Source of the DNA: an uncultured bacterium
GTDB taxonomy: Bacteria; Patescibacteriota; Minisyncoccia; Minisyncoccales; UBA5738
Reading direction: 5' to 3'
Assembly (NCBI GenBank): GCA_903847095.1
Contig: CAINCQ010000041.1
Coordinates: 72,292-136,291 of the forward strand
DNA: 64,000 nucleotides
Position 1 is the first letter of the stretch. Every line of letters starts with the position of its first letter. The notes beneath the pieces are model-generated. The model saw only the letters and a list, made by a program, of their open reading frames with translations. It was not told where the DNA came from and made no database searches. The position numbers were made by a program, and so were the translations under genes. Below, one piece after another: positions 9,728 through 18,060 of the stretch.

Positions 9728-10680
9728 TGAGCGTAATGTTCGAAAAGCGCTTTAATGCCCGCTACGTTCTTGTCCCATTCAACATTATTGTCCGTGGAAA
9801 GGAGCACGCCGATCGCGGGAACGCTATTTTTGGCAAACCAGTCGGTCATATCGCCGGATACTTGGTAAGATTCGAAGTTTTTATAGGCTTGGTACCCGGA
9901 GGCTTTGGCGTAAATATCCGTGATCGTTTGAGTTTCAGGCAAAATGCCGTTGCCGCAACTTGATGAATATACGCCGCCGCCGGAGCTATACCAGGCGATT
10001 ACCGCGGTCAGCTTGTGAGCCTGGGCATAATCTCTGATCGCCGCGCTCTCGGGTTCGGAGAACGGCGCGGTTCCGCCGCTGACGGTCTTGTTTTGCCAGG
10101 TTCCGGTTGCTTTCCAGCCGCAGTCGAAATTCCGGTTGATATCCACGGTGTGGTCATTGAAGCGGCCCGACACCTTCGCGGCCGGCGACGATGAAACATC
10201 GGTGGCGCTAAAGCGGCCGGTAACACTTACGACTTTATTCAAGCCGTCCGGGTTCAGTACGGGAATGACCGTTACTTTAATGCTACCGGGGATCACGCTA
10301 GGGTTTGCTTTCAGGTAATCCATTACCTGGTAAGCAAGGAGCGCCGTGTTCCAAGCGTATCCGCCGTGGATGCCGCCGACAAAAAGAATTTCTTTTTCGC
10401 CCGTGCCAAAATGATAGGCGGTGATATCGCGTCCCTCGACCGATTTTCCGATAACCGTTTGTTCTTTATTTTCCGGGGTTTGAGTCTGTGGTTCAACAAC
10501 CGGGTTTTCGTCTTTTGGCGTACTTGTCGGATTATTATTTTGATTCGGGATAGTTTGGGTTTGGGTGTTCTGGGGCGGGATCGCTTCATTGGTTTCGTAC
10601 AGCTTCGGAATATAGAGGCCAATCCCGATTCCAACAACGACAAGGGCCGCCACCGCAAGCACAATGGATATTTTTTTCAT
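9724..10680 (-). CDS. M14 carboxypeptidase paralog lacking catalytic residues
   Basis: Same fold motifs, but GGIHGGYA, AWYS and VLL replace the Zn-ligand Glu, Zn-ligand His and catalytic Glu; ATGA overlap with the paralog. Confidence 0.8.
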   Translation of the reverse strand: MKKISIVLAVAALVVVGIGIGLYIPKLYETNEAIPPQNTQTQTIPNQNNNPTSTPKDENPVVEPQTQTPENKEQTVIGKSVEGRDITAYHFGTGEKEILFVGGIHGGYAWNTALLAYQVMDYLKANPSVIPGSIKVTVIPVLNPDGLNKVVSVTGRFSATDVSSSPAAKVSGRFNDHTVDINRNFDCGWKATGTWQNKTVSGGTAPFSEPESAAIRDYAQAHKLTAVIAWYSSGGGVYSSSCGNGILPETQTITDIYAKASGYQAYKNFESYQVSGDMTDWFAKNSVPAIGVLLSTDNNVEWDKNVAGIKALFEHYAQ

Positions 10681-10844
10681 GGTTATTTTGATATTAATAG
10701 CACCAACATCAGCATAACATAAAATCTATTATTTATGATTAACCCAAAACTCCGAGGCATAACAGGCGGTATATTTCGTTAACAAAAAGCATCGTTTTTA
10801 ACACGATGCGCTTTTCAGGCTAGCGGTATATTTTTTTGGCTGAA

Positions 10845-11420
10845 TTAAACAGAGACGATCGGCAGATCCGTGATATTCAGCGTTCCCTTGAACAATATGT
10901 GCGGGATGCGATGATAAATCAGCGGCCATTGGCCTTTACCGATCATTTTCCGGTAATAATCTATGGTTGCTGGCGGCATCGGCGAAAATTCGGCAATTTC
11001 GGAGGGATCGTAGGCCATAAAATCATTCTCTTCCATTATGTCCCTCTCGTTGTCGAATAAATATACGACGGCATTTCGCGCCTCGATCATTGCCGGGTCG
11101 ATTCGGTAGCAACTAATCGTAAAATTTGGGTCACTCCCGGCTGTGATCAGGGCTTGTTTGATTTTTAACGGACTGACCGGTGATAAATGCAAAACGTCAT
11201 TCCATAGACAACCGAGCCTGGGTATCCGCTGCCGGGTCAGATGCTCGCGGCCGGCATATTTACCGAATTCCTGTTCGTAAATATCCGGAAACTTTTCTTT
11301 CAACGCATTAAGCGGATAAAGAGTATTGCCCCGCAAGGGCCTGGGTAGCAAATGGTAAAGATAGGCCTTTTTGTCCGCTTTTTCCCCGGAAGGGTTTTGA
11401 TTATCGGTATCACGATTCAT
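10845..11420 (-). CDS. Hypothetical protein
   Basis: 191 aa ORF with protein-like motifs (YLYH..P....G..LYPLN, CLWNDVLHLSP) and its own promoter. Confidence 0.75.
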   Translation of the reverse strand: MNRDTDNQNPSGEKADKKAYLYHLLPRPLRGNTLYPLNALKEKFPDIYEQEFGKYAGREHLTRQRIPRLGCLWNDVLHLSPVSPLKIKQALITAGSDPNFTISCYRIDPAMIEARNAVVYLFDNERDIMEENDFMAYDPSEIAEFSPMPPATIDYYRKMIGKGQWPLIYHRIPHILFKGTLNITDLPIVSV

Positions 11421-11591
11421 CTTTTAACCTCTGCCAACGAAGTTTGCTAAAGTCATGGTTAATATTATAACACTATTATTTATAAATAGTCAAGTTTGAA
11501 TAAAAAAAACCGCCAGATGCCACTTGCTATCCGACGATTAATAAAAATTGTATTTTAAGATTAACTCCGCATCGCGGTATTAAACCCCGAC

Positions 11592-11888
11592 CTAATGGAC
11601 GCGTCCGTGGCAAGACTTATTCGCCCATTCCGTTAGTTCATCTATCGAACCGCAGGGATGGGTTTCGTGAATGATGTGCAACTCCATATCTTCACGATAA
11701 TCATTAAATATTGCCGGGCTAACTTCCCTGAAACACCCCCCTTCTATGGCCAAGAAATATCGATCAGCCTTGTTATATTCACATCCAGCCGGACTTTGCG
11801 CAAGAGTAAAATACTTGCCCCCGCGCTGCCCCGAAAGGACCAATTGGTACGTCTTCTCGCTAATCATGTATTCCACCATGCTTCCCAT
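11592..11888 (-). CDS. Hypothetical protein
   Basis: 98 aa ORF filling the intergenic space. Confidence 0.5.
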   Translation of the reverse strand: MGSMVEYMISEKTYQLVLSGQRGGKYFTLAQSPAGCEYNKADRYFLAIEGGCFREVSPAIFNDYREDMELHIIHETHPCGSIDELTEWANKSCHGRVH

Positions 11889-11970
11889 AACACTCAGTTA
11901 ATAAATTGTCAAACAGCGACGAGTCCTTAATGGCAAATCAGACAAAGACAAAGTGAGGATATTTATAGGT

Positions 11971-12585
11971 CTATTTTTGAGCGTTTAACGTAACTAATTT
12001 CCAAACAGTTTGTTCTTTCGCACATAATGTCAACGATGTGTTGGCCAGAGAGGTAAAATGAAAAAAACGTCTGAAGATATCGTATGTGAGTTGATCGTCG
12101 AACATCATGGTCGCTATGACTGTTTTTATGAAATATTCATGGGATATGGCCAAAATATTATTTTGAGCCAAACCGGAAACATATTCAACGAAAAGTTGAG
12201 CTCTTTTTTTTACATCGAGAAAATTTTCTTCGTCGGCGTAATGCCAGCTTGGGTCGGAATTATTTTTTTCTTTTAGCAGATCAAAAACTTTTTCAACTTC
12301 CGGATCGTTTAGTAGTTTGCCTTCGATTGAGCTCGGCCATTTTTTTTCGCCCAAAAGAGCAATTTCCCGAATGTTTACGTTAATTTTTTTAGCGACAATT
12401 TCGGACGTTTCTTTTGTCCGTTTATGCGGACTGGCAAGAATTATATCGATACAATTGTCGGAAACCCGTTCGGCTAACTCCTGGGCCTGTTTGCATCCGA
12501 GAGCGGTTAACTGGTCGTTAAAACTTACAACGCTTTTTTGCAGATTACTGTTTGTTTCTCCGTGGCGCGCAAAATATAATTTCAT
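11971..12585 (-). CDS. Histidine phosphatase (phosphoglycerate mutase family)
   Basis: LYFARHGET, LTALG..QA, ASP..RT, AISH, L.NTS. Confidence 0.92.
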   Translation of the reverse strand: MKLYFARHGETNSNLQKSVVSFNDQLTALGCKQAQELAERVSDNCIDIILASPHKRTKETSEIVAKKINVNIREIALLGEKKWPSSIEGKLLNDPEVEKVFDLLKEKNNSDPSWHYADEENFLDVKKRAQLFVEYVSGLAQNNILAISHEYFIKTVIATMMFDDQLTYDIFRRFFHFTSLANTSLTLCAKEQTVWKLVTLNAQK

Positions 12586-12695
12586 AAGATTGATTTTTTC
12601 GTTTTCATAACCCGATAAAATGGGTTGTCTAAGATGATGTTGGAGCGGCCTTGGTAAAGATTTATGTTTAATTTGTTTAAAAAAACCATCGGAAA

Positions 12696-13184
12696 TTAAT
12701 TGCGATGAGTTTTCTCGCCGAGATCGATTTTCAGAACAGTAGCAAGTGTGGGATAAGAGAAGTAAGCAAGAGCCTTATACGACGGATCGATCAGCTCGAT
12801 CATTTCCATTTCTGAACGCTTGATAACTCCGAATCCCGGTTGGCCAAGATATGTCTTCTTAAAACTTTCGTAATTTGCCACCGTAAAATCCGCGTCTCCC
12901 TTTTCCGGGCGCTTCGGATCCGGCCGTCGTATTTTTACCAGCTCCAAAGTGCCGGCCGCAGTTGATAGCGGAGTGATGTGGAACACTGGTCCCATCGCGG
13001 TTTCTTGTACTGTTGGACCGAGCTGATGGGCCAAATTGATCAATTCTTCGTATTCCGTTTCATTCTGCGCGAAAATACACGCGTAGTTAACCGGCGCTTT
13101 CTTATCAGAAGTATGCGCAACGTTTAACCGTTGCGCCTCGGTAACAATTTCCTGTATGAGCTTTTTTAAGTTGGCAATGGTCAT
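12696..13184 (-). CDS. Hypothetical protein (possibly VOC/YecM-like fold)
   Basis: 162 aa ORF; VNYACIF and GDADF segments are suggestive only. Confidence 0.65.
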   Translation of the reverse strand: MTIANLKKLIQEIVTEAQRLNVAHTSDKKAPVNYACIFAQNETEYEELINLAHQLGPTVQETAMGPVFHITPLSTAAGTLELVKIRRPDPKRPEKGDADFTVANYESFKKTYLGQPGFGVIKRSEMEMIELIDPSYKALAYFSYPTLATVLKIDLGEKTHRN

Positions 13185-13266
13185 ACAAGGCGCATATTAC
13201 CATAAATATCTTGGTTTTTGCATAACTGGGGAATTTTGCTGAAAGCCTTGGACAATGTTGAAACCA

Positions 13267-13713
13267 TTATTTCTCAAGGATCTTCTTAAGCCGATCAATA
13301 ACTGCTTTTTCCCAGTATTTCATCGAATACCAGCGAAGCAGAGGTACGGCGATTATACCTAGCCATTTTTTATGAATGGTGACTTGATAGGTATAGTCAA
13401 TCAAAGTTCCTTTGGCGTGTGGAGATAACAACATCTCTTCATGTCCGGAAGTCCCAAACTGATAACTGTCATTATCCGAAATGAAGCCCTTCCCCGGGAG
13501 AATTTGAGTCTTCATCTTCACCTGAAACCTTTTACCGAATGATCTTACGGTTGCGTCCATCTCTACATAATTTCCAACACGCTTGTTGATCCGTATTGAT
13601 TCAGCGACCTTTGGAAAATGCTCCGGAAATTTTTCAAAGTCGGTCATTATTCCGAATACATCATTTAGGGGAGCCTTAACAACCCATTGTTTGTGAAGTG
13701 TTATTTCGTTCAT
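13267..13713 (-). CDS. SRPBCC / polyketide cyclase-like family protein
   Basis: VKAPLNDVFGIMTDFEKFPEHFP is a typical SRPBCC N-terminus; start placed at ATG 13713. Confidence 0.8.
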   Translation of the reverse strand: MNEITLHKQWVVKAPLNDVFGIMTDFEKFPEHFPKVAESIRINKRVGNYVEMDATVRSFGKRFQVKMKTQILPGKGFISDNDSYQFGTSGHEEMLLSPHAKGTLIDYTYQVTIHKKWLGIIAVPLLRWYSMKYWEKAVIDRLKKILEK

Positions 13714-13818
13714 GTATAGTATTTTGCAATGATGTGCTGGCCGTCTGGGATGTCGTTGGAATTGCATTAGACAATGCAATAGTGATTTGATATTATATCA
13801 CAAAACAATAAAATCATT

Positions 13819-14331
13819 ATGGAAACTCTTCATGAGCTTGCTAAAAAAGAATTAAAAGGTTCTCATGATTATTCTCATGTCGAGAGATCATTAAAATATG
13901 CCAAAGAATTAAACTCTGCGCATAAAGGTAATTGGAAAGTAATAGAGGCTTCAATTTTACTTCATGAATTTAAAAAAAATAATCCTGATAGTGCAAAAGA
14001 ACTCTTAAAAGGCTTTACAGATAAGGAGATTGAAAATGTTGTTCATTGTATAAATACTCATTATTGCTTAAAGATTGATAAACCCGAGACCATCGAAGCG
14101 AAAATTGTTCAAGATTGCGACACTATAGATATGTTAGGAGCCGTAGGTATTGCAAGGGGTTTTATGGCCGCAGGCGAAAAAGGTTTAGGCTTAGCAGAAG
14201 CCAAGGAAGAATATAAAAACAAAAGACTTGGTCTTTATACTAAGCTAAACTTGGAAGAATCTAAAAGAATTGCTGATAAAAAATTCGAATTCACAAAGCT
14301 TTTCTTTGAGACTATCGATAAAGAAATATAG
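13819..14331 (+). CDS. HD-domain phosphohydrolase
   Basis: HDYSHVERS, LLHE (HD variant), EAKIVQDCDTIDMLGAVG; visibly AT-rich compared with neighbours. Confidence 0.85.
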   Translation: METLHELAKKELKGSHDYSHVERSLKYAKELNSAHKGNWKVIEASILLHEFKKNNPDSAKELLKGFTDKEIENVVHCINTHYCLKIDKPETIEAKIVQDCDTIDMLGAVGIARGFMAAGEKGLGLAEAKEEYKNKRLGLYTKLNLEESKRIADKKFEFTKLFFETIDKEI

Positions 14332-14405
14332 TGTGCGCGGTTTGATTTCGCTCAATACATGCCAAACTATTACAGGGATTGCCAAAAATGAAACGAGCCC
14401 GGAAC

Positions 14406-14432
14406 AAAAAACCGCCGGATACGGCGGTTTTT
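14406..14432. terminator. Bidirectional intrinsic terminator
   Basis: AAAAAACCGCCG-gata-CGGCGGTTTTT. Confidence 0.75.
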
Positions 14433-14661
14433 GGCTTTTCTTGAGGCGTCCAAAAATTCGCAATTCGAGAGAAATCGTTTCCCGCCGCTTGCTAGCACTG
14501 GATACTGCGCTTGCCTTCACTCGCTTACTGGCTGCGTGAGACGATGTGGAAACTTTTTTATCGCTAGGCAGAAATAATTAGGATTGCTGTAATATAAAAA
14601 AAGCCGGTGCGGTTTTTTCCGCACAGCCTTCTATCTTCATCGTCTCGGGGTCTCAAGCAAA

Positions 14662-14901
14662 TTAAAATGTGATCCCGTGGCACGAAAGAACTTCCATTCC
14701 CGCCATGTTGGTAGTGTGGATAATGGCATCCTTACTCGGATTCACAGTTTCATCGATATAGGGCTTCAGTCTTTCTTTCGTCAGCATTCCAAAGGTTGCT
14801 TTAATACCGACGTGAAGTACTATTTCATCGTGCGTTAACCCGGGAATACAAACTTGCAATATCTTTAGGTCAACCTTACTAATGTCTCTTTGCTCAACCA
14901 T
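14662..14901 (-). CDS. Hypothetical protein
   Basis: GAGGTG Shine-Dalgarno before ATG, own TTGACA promoter. Confidence 0.5.
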   Translation of the reverse strand: MVEQRDISKVDLKILQVCIPGLTHDEIVLHVGIKATFGMLTKERLKPYIDETVNPSKDAIIHTTNMAGMEVLSCHGITF

Positions 14902-15189
14902 TTGCGAATTCACCTCTTTTTGATCTATAGTTGAAAATTTATACTATGTCAACGGCTGCGCAATAAGCCTTCATCAGCCTGCAACTGCTCGGAAAAAAGC
15001 AAAAGAAAAGCGCTCTGCCATGGTTACATTCATCCGCCTGGTTTCTCGTTTTTTTAGGCGGTGGTATCAATTTTGACGAGATCTTTTATTTATTGGTTGT
15101 TTGGTTGAAGCGGCGGCATTTAGACCAAAGAACGATATTGACAATGACGGTAATAAGATTAATAATAATCATCATCATCGAATGGAGGA

Positions 15190-15564
15190 ATGCGATTGCG
15201 AAATGATTTACCCGATACTGACGAGTACATCATTGAACTACGTAAAGAAGAACGAAGAAAAGCACGTGAATTAAAACGGTCGCTCTCACCCAAACCGGAA
15301 CCGAAGCTCAAAGTATCTTCCAAAAACCCGCGCCGCTTAAAGACTGAACTCGCGCCGCCGCCCCCAAAATCAAAATTCATTTACCGGTGGGGCGACCCGA
15401 TTTTGATTGCAGTTTACCTCTGTTATTTGATTATTAGCTTTGCTTGGCTATCTCCAAAGGGGTTGGAAGTTGTCATATATTTGTTCTATATAGCCTTTCT
15501 CGGCGGTATTTGGGTTGTTGCGATCACAGTTTTCCTTATGGGCCGTATCTGGGACTTATCATAA
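15190..15564 (+). CDS. Hypothetical membrane protein (basic N-terminus, two C-terminal TM)
   Basis: GGAGGA Shine-Dalgarno, upstream TTGACA, terminator hairpin at 15578-15606. Confidence 0.65.
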   Translation: MRLRNDLPDTDEYIIELRKEERRKARELKRSLSPKPEPKLKVSSKNPRRLKTELAPPPPKSKFIYRWGDPILIAVYLCYLIISFAWLSPKGLEVVIYLFYIAFLGGIWVVAITVFLMGRIWDLS

Positions 15565-15782
15565 CCCCCGATCAAATAACGGAGCTTCGCCCGCCTCCGT
15601 TTTTTTATTGGCGAAATTCCCCTTTCGTTTTACATTGCCAAGGCGACTAAATGGGAAGGGCGTCCAAGACGAACGAGGTGAGAACAGAATTAGCTAAATT
15701 AAACTTTGTCGGGAAATACACTTATAGTAATTATAATATTGACATAATTAATATTGCATATTAGAATATAAATGGTGAAAAA

Positions 15783-16094
15783 GTGTCATCTCGAAATAAC
15801 TACGGGCAAGAGCCAACGGCTGAAGAGTCGGAAAGCTTAAGAATAATGTTTGAAACCGCTAAAAGGTTGATTGAGGCGGTTGGTGCTGGTAAAGTAAAAT
15901 TGGAAAAATCAGCCGTGGTAAATGAAAAACTGTTCATATACCATGGGCCTTCCCGGTATAGTATGATTGATCCGGAAAAAGAGGACGTTGGCATAGTCAA
16001 AGATACTAAGGGAACAGGATTCTCTAGCGGAATAGTATCCGCAAATATTATAAAGTGGACAGAAACCATGGAGCAATGGTTGTCCGGTCACTAA
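15783..16094 (+). CDS. Hypothetical protein
   Basis: TTGACA...TAGAAT promoter, GGTGA Shine-Dalgarno, GTG start, hairpin plus T-run downstream. Confidence 0.6.
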   Translation: MSSRNNYGQEPTAEESESLRIMFETAKRLIEAVGAGKVKLEKSAVVNEKLFIYHGPSRYSMIDPEKEDVGIVKDTKGTGFSSGIVSANIIKWTETMEQWLSGH

Positions 16095-16156
16095 AACTGC
16101 ATGCACTAGCATGCTCTTTTTTTACGATTTTTTAAGCCTAATATTTCCGAAACACT

Positions 16157-16230
16157 TGGCTGCGGGACATGGATTCGAACCATGATAAACGGATTCAAAG
16201 TCCGTTGTCCTACCATTAGACGATCCCGCA
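16157..16230 (-). tRNA. tRNA-Gln(TTG), CCA encoded
   Basis: TGCGGGA/TCCCGCA acceptor stem, anticodon arm ACGGA-CTTTGAA-TCCGT, GGTTCGAATCC T-arm, GCCA end. Confidence 0.97.
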
Positions 16231-16297
16231 AAAACTGACGCCATTATCATACTATCAAATTGAGATAAAATCAATGTTATATTTTCCAAATGTTTTT

Positions 16298-16388
16298 TCG
16301 CCGGGCGTGGTATAAGACCACGCCGGGCGACCAGCGGAAGTATCCTCTGGACTTCTCATTATTTTATGTGCCACGGGTTTACCCGTGG
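16298..16388. repeat. Pair of GC-rich hairpins (REP / IS200-IS605-end-like)
   Basis: GGCGTGGT-ataag-ACCACGCC and CCACGGG-ttta-CCCGTGG. Confidence 0.5.
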
Positions 16389-16453
16389 TCTATAAAATAA
16401 TCAACGCTGTTTTTTGGCGGGTATATATCCAACAGTTTGCAACAGCGATTAAT

Positions 16454-16482
16454 TTGACAAAACACGTGCTGTGTGTTATATT
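16454..16482 (+). promoter_or_regulatory. Sigma70-type promoter
   Basis: TTGACA-17-TATATT with TG extension, upstream of the 16518 ORF. Confidence 0.7.
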
Positions 16483-16517
16483 ACAGGAGATTGAAACACT
16501 GAAGCGGAGGTTATACT

Positions 16518-16796
16518 GTGCAAGCGATAGAGGAACGGTTCAAATGGTATGAGGGTCGCCCGCCGATGGTTGTCGGAGCGGCGTTCGGGATAGTCTGGAT
16601 GCTGGAATTAACGCTAGGCATGTCGCTTATCGCTGGATTCCACTGGGTTATGCTGGTTTTTTTGACATCGATTCCTTGTGGAATTTGGGTTGGCAGCCAG
16701 CTGGACGCTAAACGCACATTCAGGGTTGGCGTACGTGTCGCCGGCTACGTTTTTCTGCTCTTAACTTATGGCACATTGGTGAATAGGCTGTCTTGA
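16518..16796 (+). CDS. Small membrane protein (about 3 TM)
   Basis: GGAGG Shine-Dalgarno, GTG start, hydrophobic sequence, terminator after the stop. Confidence 0.65.
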   Translation: MQAIEERFKWYEGRPPMVVGAAFGIVWMLELTLGMSLIAGFHWVMLVFLTSIPCGIWVGSQLDAKRTFRVGVRVAGYVFLLLTYGTLVNRLS

Positions 16797-16883
16797 AACC
16801 GCTGAAACCAGTGGTTTTATTTTACCTGACATTTGTAGCAATTAATGCTAAAATATTGGTAATAAAGCTGATAAGGTGAGATT

Positions 16884-17426
16884 GTGAAAACGAAAGTCAG
16901 TTTGTTTTTAATGGTGATAGCGATGGCAACGGTTTTCCAAGCCGCGGCTGTCGAGAACGGTAGCGACATGAATATAAGCGAGGTTACCTTCGACTTTACA
17001 GGTAACTATCGGATGCCCCAGACTTGGGTTGGGGTGGAGATTACAACGGACCAAGATTATTTCACTGATGATATGTGGAATTACTCTGTGCTCGTTGTTG
17101 GAGAGCTTGGAAATGCATCTCAACGTATCGGTCCGGATGCAAACGAGATCAGGCGGATGAAAGATCCCCGCTACAATCTCTATAATCCGGTGAGCCGTGG
17201 TCCTTTCGAAGTCGAGGTTTGGCTCTGGGAATCGGTAGGCAAAATCCAAAAGATAATGTTGTTCCACAACGAGACGGTTCTGGATGAGGTCGCAGTCAAC
17301 TTTGAATACTCCGAAGAGTATTTCAAAGGGAACGACACGACAATAAAGTTCCAGAAAGAGGCATCAAAAAATGCCTCAATTTTTTTCTTTAAAGCCAAGA
17401 TATCGAAGTTAGCGGTTGTTTATTGA
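16884..17426 (+). CDS. Secreted hypothetical protein
   Basis: Signal peptide (…VFQAAA), AAGGTGA Shine-Dalgarno, many N-X-S/T sequons. Confidence 0.7.
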   Translation: MKTKVSLFLMVIAMATVFQAAAVENGSDMNISEVTFDFTGNYRMPQTWVGVEITTDQDYFTDDMWNYSVLVVGELGNASQRIGPDANEIRRMKDPRYNLYNPVSRGPFEVEVWLWESVGKIQKIMLFHNETVLDEVAVNFEYSEEYFKGNDTTIKFQKEASKNASIFFFKAKISKLAVVY

Positions 17427-17495
17427 CAAACCAAAAAAGCATGATATCGTAATGGTCTCGAAAGTAATTTCGGGAACCAGCGATCGGAGGTAAAA

Positions 17496-17747
17496 ATGGC
17501 GGGTTTATGTCCAACGTGCGGAAGGTTCTTATGCGACCATACCGCAAAAGAAAGGGGCCAAACCGATGGCGAGTTTTTTGAAGACCTGCGGCGCGATATC
17601 ACCAAAGAAGAACTAGAGGCTTGGAATACTGGCGACGATGCCAAAAAAATCGCCGTCGCGCAGGCGATTGCCGAACAACGAAAAGCCGGAACTTTCGTTC
17701 CGACGTTTCAAATCGCCGAGCGTGCTTTACACCTATTGTACGCTTGA
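17496..17747 (+). CDS. Small putative Zn-binding protein, paralog 1
   Basis: MAGLCPTCGRFLCDH...ERGQT; GGAGGTAAAAATG ribosome-binding site. Confidence 0.8.
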   Translation: MAGLCPTCGRFLCDHTAKERGQTDGEFFEDLRRDITKEELEAWNTGDDAKKIAVAQAIAEQRKAGTFVPTFQIAERALHLLYA

Positions 17748-17769
17748 ATTAAATTGCTTGGAGGTAAAA

Positions 17770-17991
17770 ATGCCTGGATTATGCCCAAATTGCGGCCGCT
17801 ATCTGTGCGACTGCACGACCGGAGAAAGAGGTCAAACCGATGACGAGTTTAATGAGGATATGCGGCGCCAATTTACGCCCGAGGAATTAGCGGCGTTCGA
17901 GTCCGGCGATTCCGAGGCGAAGCTTAAAGCCGCCCGCGCGATTGCCGAACAGCGAAAAGCCGGAACGTTTAAACCGATTTTTCGAAATTAG
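17770..17991 (+). CDS. Small putative Zn-binding protein, paralog 2
   Basis: MPGLCPNCGRYLCDC...ERGQT; identical ribosome-binding site; terminator at about 18013-18039. Confidence 0.8.
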   Translation: MPGLCPNCGRYLCDCTTGERGQTDDEFNEDMRRQFTPEELAAFESGDSEAKLKAARAIAEQRKAGTFKPIFRN

Positions 17992-18060
17992 GTAAAGACC
18001 GAAGTTATAAACTGCCTCGTATCAAACGAGGCTTTTTTTAAACGATCATAAAATCCGGAA

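Noticed and set aside
3731..17991. Run of accessory genes considered as an integron cassette array or prophage
   Set aside because: No repeated attC-like sites, integrase or phage structural genes were recognised, and most genes have their own promoters.
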